Positions 50,093-61,603 of a DNA stretch of 61,603 bases are shown one piece after another. The translations under genes and the position numbers were made by a program. A model generated the notes under the pieces. The model ran no database searches. It had not been told where the DNA came from and saw only the letters and a list, made by a program, of their open reading frames with translations. Each line of letters starts with the position of its first letter. Position 1 is the stretch's first letter. Origin of the DNA: Carcharhinus longimanus (Eukaryota); NCBI GenBank assembly GCA_030264375.1, contig JASCQW010000128.1:14390588-14452190 (forward strand). Direction: 5' to 3'.

Positions 50093-50820
50093 GGGTGGAA
50101 TCTTGTTGAAGTGTAAAGGTCTCATCATCAAGGGAGAGAGCAAATGAGAGGCCCACACTGCCTCTTTTTGGGATGGCCTGCCGAACCACATGCCAGTCAG
50201 GCAGTGGTGATCCCACCAATGGTTCTTCCACTGGAATCAAGCCCCCAGGGACACAAGTCCTGCCTAGCAAGCGATGCCAGAAAATCAGAGGCAAGTGGCT
50301 CTTGTGCTCAGTTGCATCATGGAGTAGGCCATGGTTGTAGTCAGAACAACATTCATCACCTGTAGAGTCCAAGAATTACAGAGAAACCCAGAACAAAGCT
50401 GCTATGCGGGGGTTGGTTTCATTGGGTGCAGGTCGTGAGGAGAGGGGGCTGATTTCTGAAGCAAAGGACAGTGGGCTGGATCTCAGCAGGCACTCCCATG
50501 CCTGACGTTCAGTCATTTGATCAGGCACTGAATGCCTTTGATTGAAGTATCTTTCCCCAAGTTGGCTATGCGCACCACACAGTGGCAGGCTCGTCTACAG
50601 CTAGGTTAATCACAGCGCTGGCAGGATGGAGCCCTTAAGTGCCTTTAATTGGCAGGTTAACCTCAATTGGCAACAAGGCAAGAAAGTTAACCATGAGCCT
50701 GTCTGCTCAGAACTTTAGTTGGGTGGAGGCAGGAAGGTGGCAGGTTTCCAATATGTCACTATCCTGCCCAAATGAATGCCCCTCCCGTCTCATCACCGGT
50801 GAGATTACAAGATTCCGCCC
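50093..50820. mobile_element. Non-autonomous TIR element (Harbinger-like termini)
   Basis: TIR gggtggaatcttg / caagattccgccc (12/13 match); internal 'ggcaggatgga/gaggccctt' and 'ttaatt' motifs resemble 31776-32420. Confidence 0.65.
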
Positions 50821-51789
50821 ATTGTTATTGAGGGCTGCATTAATAATTTTAACAAATTGCTCAAACTATCCTTCAATTTGTAAGAGACCATAAGAGTAAT
50901 TTGTTTTGCCTGTGAAACTTAGTTGTTCACCTGCACTGCAGTTTGTGTAGACAACGTTAAGTACCGAAACCTAGTGTGAAAAGTTTAAAAGTTACAGTTT
51001 TGCATGTGATGCCAAACCACAATGTTAATATAAACCTCTTGTTCTGTCCTCATTGAGGTTATCTTTGTACCTCATGGTGTGAGGTGCAGTACTGAATCAT
51101 CACTTTGCATATTAACACTTTATTGTAAGAAACTATATAACTAGTAGAGTACCATTTGAAATAAGAGAGCTTTGCAAATCACGGAGTCATTTTACCTGTA
51201 TCTGTCTCTGTGACCTCATTGCAGAAGAACAACATTATTGAAGTAATGAGTAGTTAACATAATGGTCCTGCAAAGGAACCAAGTGCATTGAGTAGATTAG
51301 TCCATGTCTGCATGTGTTTTGGTGCACAGGGGACTTTGCAGTGAATGTGTTAATCAGAAAGCCTCCTTTCTAAGAATCCAGTTGGTGTCCATTGGGATTA
51401 AACGTTCTGGCTGCCTTATTTGTTTTAGGAACTGAGTCCCCCTTGTGAGACATTTGCACAACAGTACCGGAGAGTAATACCTAGCTCAGCTACAAAGCAT
51501 CAAAAGATTCAGCATCTCCAGCTTCCAATAGACAATCACACTTTGGAAAAATGACATGAGCTCAGAAAAAGCACTTTACATTCTTACGTTAGTCTGAACC
51601 GATTGTTTCTGAATGTGCACGGGTGTGTTTCTGAGAGATGCGGTGGGTAGGGGGCAGTGGTTGACTTTGTTGTTGCTTGATTGGAAAAAACTGCCCCTCT
51701 TTCCAGGGGTCCAGACGTTGGTGTCTGCAGGCAAAGGCAAACAACGGAATCTCATATTCCTCTTCCAACCAATGCTCATCTTGCGACCA

Positions 51790-52770
51790 CTGTAGTGGGT
51801 TGGATTTGAAACAATTATGAGACAGAATACAGGAATGAGATAGAGAATTTGGTGAACTGGTATGGCAACAATAATCTCTCTTTCGATATCAACAAAATGA
51901 AGGAGATTGTTATTGACTTCAGGAAGCATAAAGGAGGACATGCCCCTGCATATCAATGGGATGAAGTAGAAAGGGTCGACAGCTTCAAGTTTTTAGGTGT
52001 CCAGATAACCAACAACCTGTCCTGGTTCCCCCCCACCAATACCTCTACTTTCTCAGTAGACTAATGAAATTTGGCATGACAGCTACGACTCTCTCCAACT
52101 TTTACAGATGCACCAGAGAAAGCATTCTTCCTGTTTGTATCATAGCTTGGTATGGCTTCTGCTCTGCCAAGAATGCAAGGAGCTATAAAAGGTCATGAAT
52201 GTAGCTCAATCCATCACGCAAGCCAGCTTCCCATCCATTGATTCTGTCTACACTTCCCGCTGCCTTGACAAAACAGCCAGCATAATTAAGGAGACCATGC
52301 TCCCTGGACAGTCTCTCTTCAGTCTGAGGTCACTAGGCTGATACTGGAGATGAGGGGGTTGGACTATGAAGAGAGGCTGAATAGACTGGGTTTGTACTTG
52401 TTGGAGTTTAGAAGGATGAGGGGGGATCTTATANNNNNNNNNNNNNNNNNNNNNNNNNNNNNNNNNNNNNNNNNNNNNNNNNNNNNNNNNNNNNNNNNNN
52501 NNNNNNNNNNNNNNNNNNNNNNNNNNNNNNNNNTGAGGTCACATATCAACCAACTCAAGAACAGCTTCTTCCCTGCTCTGTCAGACTTTTGAATGGACTT
52601 ACCTTGCATTAAGTTGATCTTTCTCTACACCCTAGCTTTGACTGTAACATGACATTCTGGACTCTCATGTTTCCTTTTTTGTGAACGGTATGTTTTATGC
52701 ATTTCCTTAGAATGCAAGAAACAATACTTTTCACTGTATGTTAATACATGTGACAATAATAAATCAAATT
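51790..52770 (+). mobile_element. Rex1-type LINE 3' portion with a nested CR1 piece (52325-52433)
   Basis: WYGNNNLSFDINKMKEIVIDFRK...VDSFKFLGVQITNNLSW; tail 'tgtgacaataataaatcaaat'; nested MRGLDYEERLNRLGLYLLEFRRMRGDLI. Confidence 0.85.
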
Positions 52771-55430
52771 AAAAACCAGTGGAAGCCTTTTTGGTGAAAT
52801 CCGGGCAAGATATCCTGAGATACCCTAATCATTCATTGCTGCCACTTCAGCAATATAGCACTGACACATTCCAACACTCTTTTTCTTTTCAAGTCAAAAT
52901 AAAACCTATTAAAGTTTATGGATAGGTAAAGCTGATGGTTCATAAGTAAAGTACTGGTATATATTTTGTTCTTCTGCATATTACGTAACATTTCTCAGAG
53001 TCTGCAATACAATGAGGAATTTGCAGCTCCTGATCGCTGGCCAGCAATTTCTGCTGGTTAGAAGTACATGCATGTTTATTGCATGAGAACAAGAATAGGT
53101 CAGGCATTGGTTCCTCCCTCTCTCACCTACAATCAGTTGACATTTACTTTCTTGGCTGACATGTGGAACTGGGTTTAGATAGGTGCAGGATGGCTATAAC
53201 TACCAATGGAGTAAAAGAGAATCAGCATTTCAAAGGTTGGCAAAGAAAAAGGTAGAAATACTGTTTGTGCAAACCAGTGCATCAAATGCTGAATATGCTA
53301 CTGCTAAACAATATTAAACCTGAAAAGAAATCTAATCTCCACGTGAATTATTTCATACTTGGTGTTGTTTGTCATTGCATAAAACAATTACATTTACTCT
53401 CTGTGATGCAGTAGGCAGTTAGTGCATTAATGATCCACAATGCTTTACAGAGTGAGCACAGAGCATTTGTGTAGGGTACCCAACTTTCCCCAACTTCTGT
53501 TGAACAGCTGACATCTGATGTTGATTTAATTCCTCTGGGATTGTGGTGTGGCACACTGTCTCTTGTACATTGCCAAGTTTTATGACTGGACCAGCTCTGG
53601 GTCAAACACACATCACTTTGGCAAAGAATGCTCTCCGAAAGTGTGCTGATTTTGTATGTTGGCCTACGGTTTGAGAATTACTTTTGACTGTTTTAGGAAG
53701 ACAATTCTCGATTCAGGCTGCCCCACAAGCTGTTATGATTCCTGGTGGACCTAATTAGATAGATCTTTGAATTTCTGTTCCAAGTATGAAAAAATTGACA
53801 TATAAAGCGAATGCAAGTTAAAGGCAAAACAACAGTTTTTTTTCTGATCATTGATGTTTCTGGAGAGTCTCTGGGTATGTGAATTGTGCCAGCGTGCTCC
53901 AGGAAGATTCCAGGTTTGAGATTTAGATAACCTGTGCTAAGTTAGTGCAAAATTAGGGGCCATAGATATCAGATAAATCCAAATAAATAAATCCAACAAG
54001 GCATTCAGGCAAAACGTCTTTACCCCAAAATGATGAGGATATGACACTTGCTGCCAGAAGGATTACTTGAGGCAAATATATGGATGCATTTAAGGAGATA
54101 AACACATGAGGGAGAATGGAGTAGAAATAGAGTTTATTACAATAGTGTGTGATGAAGTTCATGGTGTCAATGTATCAGCAAATGCATATTTTGGCAATTG
54201 CTTTAAATTAATTGTCTTAAGACAGGTGTGATTATTGGCTCAACCTCTGCAGGGATATAAATGGACAAAGCTGGAACAGTGGGGAAACCATAAGGAACTG
54301 TATGAAGAATAAATTTGCTGAAGGTAAAAAGCAGGCTGCCACATTATCTCTCCACCATATATTTTAAATATAATTAACGGTGGGGAACATCAACAGTTGG
54401 GTAGAATGACCCATTTCTGTGTTGTTAATTCTATGTATGTTTACTGATCTCAACCAGAAATTTGTCACAAGTAAGTGAGCTTAAGCTTGGCTTAATGCAA
54501 ATACCACAGATGATTGTTCCACAATTGCCTTTGCCACCCTCATCGTGAACTTCAGTTCAGTTGGTTTAGTCTTGACAAGGCAAAAAAAGCATTAAAAAAT
54601 CAGCCAGGCTTCCAGCTGCCCATCATTATTCTTGATACCACTGGAAAGTGTGGAACTCCTTGNNNNNNNNNNAACTTGATAAAGATGGCACATGGCTTCC
54701 TAGTACCACTAAGTTCTACATGAGATATGGCAGGGTATGTTAGTGTTTGATGCAGTAACGTGTGATAAGGCTCATGGGCATCTGTGTATCAGCAAGGGTA
54801 TACTTTGGCAATTACATTGTTAAGCTAATCACCTTATTAAAGACAGGCAAAGATTATTGACTCAACCTCCAAAAGAGTGGAGCTTGAATTACTTGTGTTT
54901 ATACAGTTCCCGCTATGATCTCAGGGTATTGCAAAATGCTTTACAGCTAATGAAGTATTTTTGAAATTAGTCACTACTGTAATATAGAAAATGAGTGAGG
55001 AATGATTTGGTCGAGGTATCAAAAGGCATTTGATAAATGAGAAAGTTGTACCAGCATGAATCGCAAGAAGGAGGAATAGAAGGAGAGCAAATTAGAAAAA
55101 AATGAATTTTGCATGATAATTATTGCTAATATAGTGTGATGCTATAGTGTAATATAGTGTAGTTTCCCAGTATAGCGAGCTGCCTGAGGAGGTGAATCAC
55201 TGGATGGCGTGGCTTCAACTTGTTCCAGTCCCCTTGGTTTGTATGTGTTGAACGTACCAAATTAATAAGGAGCTTGCCCCTAAAGCATGCCATATACTTG
55301 TAGTGCCTGAAGCATCATGATTAGAAACCTCCTAACCTGCTTACCCATAGCCCATTGTTATTACCCATGGCTTCTCGTGAAAGGCTGAAAAACAAGAAAC
55401 AAAATTAAAGGCCAGTGAAGTCAGATACAA

Positions 55431-56345
55431 GGGCTGGATTTATCTGGAGTCAGGGAGATTACAAGAAAGTGTAAAAATTTTGTATTTCCCCACCCTATTC
55501 CTGCCATCCCCAGTTTTCACCAGAGTGGGTTAAAGATGTGGCTGGTGCAGGTCGGAAGGCCACACCCTGTACTTTTGATTTTCATGGATTTGCAGTTTTC
55601 ATGGATTTGGACCAGCTGTTAAAGGATTTGTGCTCCATGGCTCCTCTGAGGTATTGTGAATTATAATGTGGGTTTATGGACCTTTTGAAAGGTAAATTCA
55701 AAATATCTTACCTATGCCGCCCATCCAAAACTATGCCCCCCATTCCCAGGCTTCCCTCCCTCCATGCCAAGCTATGTCCTTATCTCAAACCCCATTACGA
55801 CTAATTGCTTCTATGCCAGAATATGTCCCCAATAGCATTGCCTCCATACCAATGTTCATTCCCATTCACTGACCATGTACTGAACCCTGCAGTAACAACA
55901 GGATGTGTGAAAAAACCTTTTTTAAAAAAGTCATTCTTTCATAAATTGCTACGTTCTTGAAAAACTGTTTTTAACTACAAACTATAAGCGAATCAATTGC
56001 AGAAGCTGCAAACCTCTTGAAGCCTTTTTTATTTTGTATAAATAGACATTGTACAATTGACAGAATAGATCATCAAATAAGAACTGTCAATTAAGTAATG
56101 TTTTCTCAGGGATACGACAGTTTCAACAGTCTAATGGATATTTGGGCCCTCAGCTAGAAATGAAGCTTGGCTGAAATCCCAGACCTCCATTTCTCTGGTG
56201 AAACAGCCACATTCCAGAGAAAATATTTATTGATTGACAGCTCTTACTCTATGATCCATCCTGCCAATTGTATAATGTTTATCCAGTAGTAAAAACAGAA
56301 ATTTTCCAATTCCTGCTACTAGCCTCTTGGAAGAAAATCCAGTTC
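55431..56345. mobile_element. Possible non-autonomous TIR element
   Basis: gggctggattt ... aaaatccagttc termini resemble the other GGGC-type TIRs in the window. Confidence 0.45.
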
Positions 56346-56884
56346 AAAGTGCCATTAACCGAGGCTTGGAAATTGTTTGTTGGTTGGCCTGGTCTTGTTT
56401 AGGTTGTGGTGCAATGAAACCTAAAAGAGGAAGGTACAGAAACATTTTGGAATGACTAAATAGATAACATCTGGCTTATTTTGTGGTGTCATGAATATCT
56501 CATCATGGGTTTGGACAAGAATATGTTTCAGCGGCTAGTCATGGAACATTGTGTCCTCGTTATTTAAAGGCATTGCCCTGCTTGCATCAAACACTTGTGG
56601 AATCTTGGGGCCCACTTATTCAATATCTTGAGAAGCAATATGTCAAATTCCATATTAAAGGGTAAGCTTACTTCGATTGACTGACAATGCATAGCCAGAT
56701 CAATGCATTGCCAGATATACAGTACTGTATATAGGCTGTATTTATACTTTATTTAGACTTGTATTCATGTAGTGATTTGTCATGTCTCTGGTATTAAGTT
56801 ACTTTCAAGTCTTTTATGTCATAAACTTTGAGACACAATGACTTGGTGAGCAGGATACCTCCTTTCTTGCAAAGCAATATTCAA

Positions 56885-57140
56885 CAACTTGCATTTATGT
56901 AGATCCCGTGACATAGTAAAATATGCTAAGGCGCTTCACAGGAGTGCAATCTGCCAACCTATGACATCATGCCAAAGGCCAAGACATTGGGGCCAGTTTA
57001 GTCAAATAAATAGTTTTAAGGAGAGTCTTAAAGGAAAATTGGAGAAAGAAGTCTAAGGAGAAATGAGGCCTAGGTAGCGAAGGCACAATCGCTAGCAATT
57101 AAATGAAGTTGGAAATGCATGAGAAGTGAAATTTAGGGGA
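56885..57140 (-). mobile_element. L2 3' fragment
   Basis: 'caacttgcatttatgtag...aaggcgcttcacaggagtg...ttttaaggagagtcttaaagg'. Confidence 0.65.
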
Positions 57141-58399
57141 AAGCGGAAGAAACATAAATTTTCTAAAATGGGTGCCAAAGAAGAGTCACTTGACTCAAAG
57201 CATGAATACTGTTTTTCTGTCTACAGCTGTTGCCAGATCCTCTGAGTTTTTCCAGCACTTCGTTTCCAACACCTAAAATAGATCTTCTGGTTATTTATTT
57301 AATTACTGTTTCTGAGACCTTGCTCAATGCAAATTGATTGCTATATTTCCTACATCACAACAGTGATTACACTTCAAAAGCTACTTTATTGGCTATGAAA
57401 TGCTTTGCGACGTTTCTGAGGTTTTGTAATGTGCGACGGAATTGTAAGTCAGTCTTCCTTTTCTCTGACCCTTAATCCAATGTTTCTTCTTGTCCCCAGA
57501 TTAGTCCACATTTAACAGGTGCCATACTTTCTAACTAGTTGTGCATGTTCACTGGTCCTGCAGGCTACATTTTTCTACTATTCAATGTTGTACGGTGCTG
57601 CTTTTAGTTCTGGCAATCATATTTTGAAAAAGTCTCGATGTGAATTAATGCAGTTTAGACTTGTAGGTTTGGCTGAAGATTTCTAGAGCTTTTGTGTCTT
57701 TGGGAGAGAAATAAACCTTCAATAAATAAATTACCATTGTGGAATGAAGTAAAAATATACCATGTTAGCAACTGGTTTATGAACCATGTCAGGTCAGATA
57801 ACTGGATCCAATTACTCTTGGTTACAAGCAATCCTTTCTGAACTGAAACCTATGATCAGTATATGACCAATCACTTCATCAGCAACATATTCTTGTAATC
57901 ATTTTGTTTCCATTTAAAACAAGTATCTCCACAAAGAAGAAACTACCTATTTCTACCAGTGTCTTGGTCCTTGTCTAAGTTCATCTGGTGCTGAATCTTC
58001 ACCCATGGTCTTGTCTCTTCTCGTCTCAAGTATTTCAGTTGCCACATGGCCTTGCTATTCCTATATTTAACAGTGAATGTTACTGAACAAGCAATCCCTG
58101 ATTATTTTCTTGTTTTGTATCTCACCTCCTCCTCCCAAGTTCACGCCATTCTATGTCCGACCCTGAAAAATACCTTCCCCCAAGTTACTCAGCTCTGCAC
58201 AGTAGAACTTTCAACTATTTAGTCTTTAATCCATCATGATGTTGCAACAGCTATTAAGTCATTAAATCACACCCTATCCACCACCCTTGGCTTATCCCAA
58301 ATAGAACTATTACTCTTTCCCCTTCAAACATTCTCTCTGGTATTCCCCTCATCACCATTCCCTTAAGTCCATGAGACACAGACTTGAACATCCTTGGCC

Positions 58400-60625
58400 A
58401 ACAACTGATTTAACCATTCATCACAAGGTCTGACTACTCCATTCAAAGCCTTGCTGGGCAATGCCCTTCATCACAAAAACTGCCTGATATTCAAAGATCG
58501 TCTAGGAAGATGACAATAACATCTGGTTTCTTTTCGCCATTACTAACCATCTTCTTAACCACCCTTCCCTGCTGTCATCTCAAACAATAAGTGTGACATG
58601 CTCTTGTACATCTTTGTTAGCATGATCATGACAGTCTGATCAGTTGCCACACTTGGATTCCACCCTTTCCCAGTCCACTGGGTCTATTAACTACTGAATC
58701 ATGAGTGGGAGTGCAACTCCATTGTTGTCTGCTGAATCAATGACAGTGTTCTCTGGTAGGGTAGCTAATCCTGAATTTGCACCTTTAATTTCACTGTCCA
58801 CTCCTTTCCTACCTTCTTCAAGCTAATATTGTTGATGCGACTCACCCTCTGCTCTCCAGATCCTAATCTTGCTAAACTGATAACTGCCCAACTTCCCTTA
58901 ATCTCTCCTATGTTAGCTGATGTTCGTATAGTTCCCTCTCCTCAGGTTTTACCTCTGTCTGTCAACTCTGACATTATGTGGAGATGCCGGCGTTGGACTA
59001 GGGTAAGCACAGTAAGAAGTCTCACAACACCAGGTTAAAGTCCAATAGATTTATTTGGCATTAGTTTTCGGAGTCTCAGGCTCCTTCATCAGGTGACTGA
59101 GGACTTGTGTTCACAAATTTGTCATATCCAGACACAAACTCAATTTACAAGATATATTGTTCACAGATAGATCATGTGCAGACACAAACTCAAGTTACAA
59201 GATATTTTGTAAATTGAGTTTGTATCTGTATATGACCTGTTTGTGAACACAAGTCCTCACTCACCTGATGAAAGAGCCTAAGGTTCCGAAAGCTAGTGTT
59301 AAGTAAACTTGTTGGACTTTAACCTGGTGTGTTGAGACTTCTAACTCTGACATTCTCATCCTTCTCTTCAAAAAAAAACTATTTTTGACTTTCTGTCCTT
59401 GCATATCTCCAACTTCTTTCCAGTCTTTGAACGTGCTAACATCTTGCAAATCTATGTCCAACTTTCTTGGGAAACTTTGTTTCATCCCTTCGTTCAGATT
59501 TCCTTCTCTCTTATAATACTGAGGCTTCTCTTTCCAAAGTTATAAATGGCACCCTAGTTCATTGTGACCTATTTGCAGCCCTTGACATAATTTACCATGA
59601 AACATTAGCCCAATGCCACTATCGTCCAGCTGAGTGGGACTGTGTTTGCCTGGTTTCATTCTTCTCTATCCTGCTGTAGTCATGGAATCATTTGACCTGT
59701 CTTCTCTTCTGCATCATTACCTCTGTGTTCACACGGATTTACCCTTGGCCTCCTTTTTCTCACCTATCCCGTGAATCACCTTGTGATGTTTTATAATGTT
59801 GAAGTTACTCTGCAAATACACATTGGATGCCGGGGGCAGGGGTGGGTGTGGGTGTGGGGGTGTGTGTGTGTGAAGCTCTGCATTCGGGGCCATGATTGCG
59901 GGTGGGGGTGGGAGAGAACTCTGCAAGCAGGTGGGGAGAGACTGGCAGTAGGAGTGATCAGCAGGGGGTAGGCAATGACTTTGGGGCAGATGGGCATCTG
60001 GGCTTTTTTTTGCACTGAGTGCTGTAAGATTGCAGCCCGCTGAAAGAACTGGTGCCATTTGCTCTCGTTTTTCCGCTCATTTAGCACTTAGAACTTTTTG
60101 TGTAATTTGTTACTCCCATGACCATGCACCCTTCCATGAACTTATCTTCCTTTCATAAACTTATACCCATTCAAAACCATATTGCCAACATCCTAACTTG
60201 CACCAAGTCCTGTTCACCCATCACTCTGTTTTTACTGATCTACGTTAGCTCCCAGTCCAACAAGGCACAGGTTATCATTTTATTCAAATTCCTCTATGGT
60301 GCTGCCCTCTTCCTGCCTCTGTTATGTCCTCTTGTCCTACAATGTACAGAGATTCTTACGTTCTTCCAATTTGGACTTCTTGCATACCTCCAATTTTCAT
60401 TTACTCAACTACTACCGGTCATGTCTTCAGGGACTTTTCCCTTACAATGCCCCTCTGATTCTGCCATTCTCCCCCTTTAAGATCCTTTAACACCTACCAC
60501 TTGGCCCAAGCATTTTATCACCTACCCTAATGTTTCTGTGTGGATTGCTGTCAAATTTGGTATTGTAATGCTCAGATGAAGCACCTTAGGATGTTTACTG
60601 TGCTAAATGTGTTATATGAATTGTA
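58400..60625 (+). mobile_element. Highly decayed L2 LINE with nested insertions
   Basis: 'gacctatttgcagcccttgacataatttaccat' (DLxAAxDxIxH RT motif), C/T-rich body, tail 'gaagcaccttaggatgtttac...gttatatgaattg'. Confidence 0.7.
58976..59342. mobile_element. Palindromic Penelope-type element with hammerhead motifs on both arms and a perfect 12-bp TSD
   Basis: TSD aactctgacatt at 58964-58975 and 59343-59354; motif cac-ctgatga-a-agagcc-taa-ggttcc-gaaa-gcta-gtg at 59262-59298, mirrored at 59059-59094 (-). Confidence 0.9.
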
Positions 60626-61441
60626 GATTCATGCTGTTGTACAATTAAATGGACCTGTCTTAAGTACTGAATTGTGAGTGGGAGTGCAATTCCATTGCTG
60701 TCTGCTATGAGCTGTTTACTGCAGCTGTTGGCCTCAGTCCCTGTCACTGTTGCTTTTCTACTGCACTAACAGCCTGATTGGAAATAATCTCAATGATAAG
60801 GGCCGTGCATTTTGTGCAGCTACTTGATGTAATTTCTTAGCCGATTAGAACTCGAAGCATCTAAAGTGCCAACACTTGAAGCCATTATCTAAATCTATTT
60901 CCAAGAAATATTTCAGAAATTTAAGGCCGTTTGAATTTTGTTTGTAATACATTTCTAAAATACTATGTTTAGAGGCTAATAACAAAGTGGCTGCAGGATA
61001 TTAAAGGGATGGCTCTGTAATTGCAGGTCAAGCTGCCATTTGATTTTTATACCTCGGAGATGCTGTTTCACTATAAGATGGCCAGATGTTCCTGTTTAAG
61101 TCACATGATTGCAGAACATCCGCGCTGTATCAGAAGTTTACTGCCTCTAGGGGTTCTCAGGATGGATAAGATTAATCTTTAGCTTGCTAGTCGGAGACTT
61201 CACCAGAAAAAACATCGAAGGGGGTAATGAGTGGGAAAGTACTTTGCCTTCTAGAAGGAACTATGTCCACCATGATGTATTTTGAAGAGAAGCTATGATT
61301 ATGCTTTTCCGAATCTTCAAGTACTGAGGGAATGATTTAAGCGCAGTTTATAATGACATAAATATGTTAATTCCAAAATATTTCCAAAAGCTTTTAATTT
61401 ATTCTACTTAAAAGGTCAGATGCAATCACATTTAAAAAGTG

Positions 61442-61603
61442 ATAACTTCCTTTTGGCTACAATCAAGCGTCAGATCAGGTGCAGTTGTTTTCTTGTCAGC
61501 TTGGGTCTTGTGTCTCTCTATGATGGGGACCATGAATTGGATTCAATTTGAATTGGTTTTTGAAACAAGCAAGGAGATGGATTGAGGACTTGCCCTATCC
61601 ACT
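61442..61603 (+). mobile_element. Divergent U2 snRNA-derived element (truncated by the window end)
   Basis: Colinear with U2: cttttggcta, agatcaggtgcag, ttcttgtcag, gtctc..gggac (stem IIb), ggtttttg (Sm-like), ggagatgga..cttgccctatccact (stem-loop III). Confidence 0.75.

Overview
Vertebrate, AT-rich, repeat-dense non-coding DNA with several N-gaps. Abundant HE1/V-SINEs, DeuSINE (SacSINE1-like) copies, CR1, L2 and Rex1-type LINE remnants and Penelope-type hammerhead repeats point to a shark genome (inference from repeat families). I recognise no host protein-coding exon, so the window looks intronic or intergenic, and the listed ORFs are mostly repeat- or gap-derived. Three signals stand out. 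(1) Two related U2 snRNA-derived elements (38133-38440 minus; 61442-61603 plus, cut by the window edge) keep U2-like stems but have an altered branch-site region, suggesting a U2-derived SINE family. (2) Three palindromic insertions flanked by 12-14 bp target-site duplications carry minimal hammerhead-ribozyme motifs. (3) A decayed two-gene PIF/Harbinger transposon is present, with related MITEs, two of which sit at the same site in both arms of a ~220 bp inverted duplication. Family names come from sequence recognition, not database searches, and repeat boundaries are approximate.
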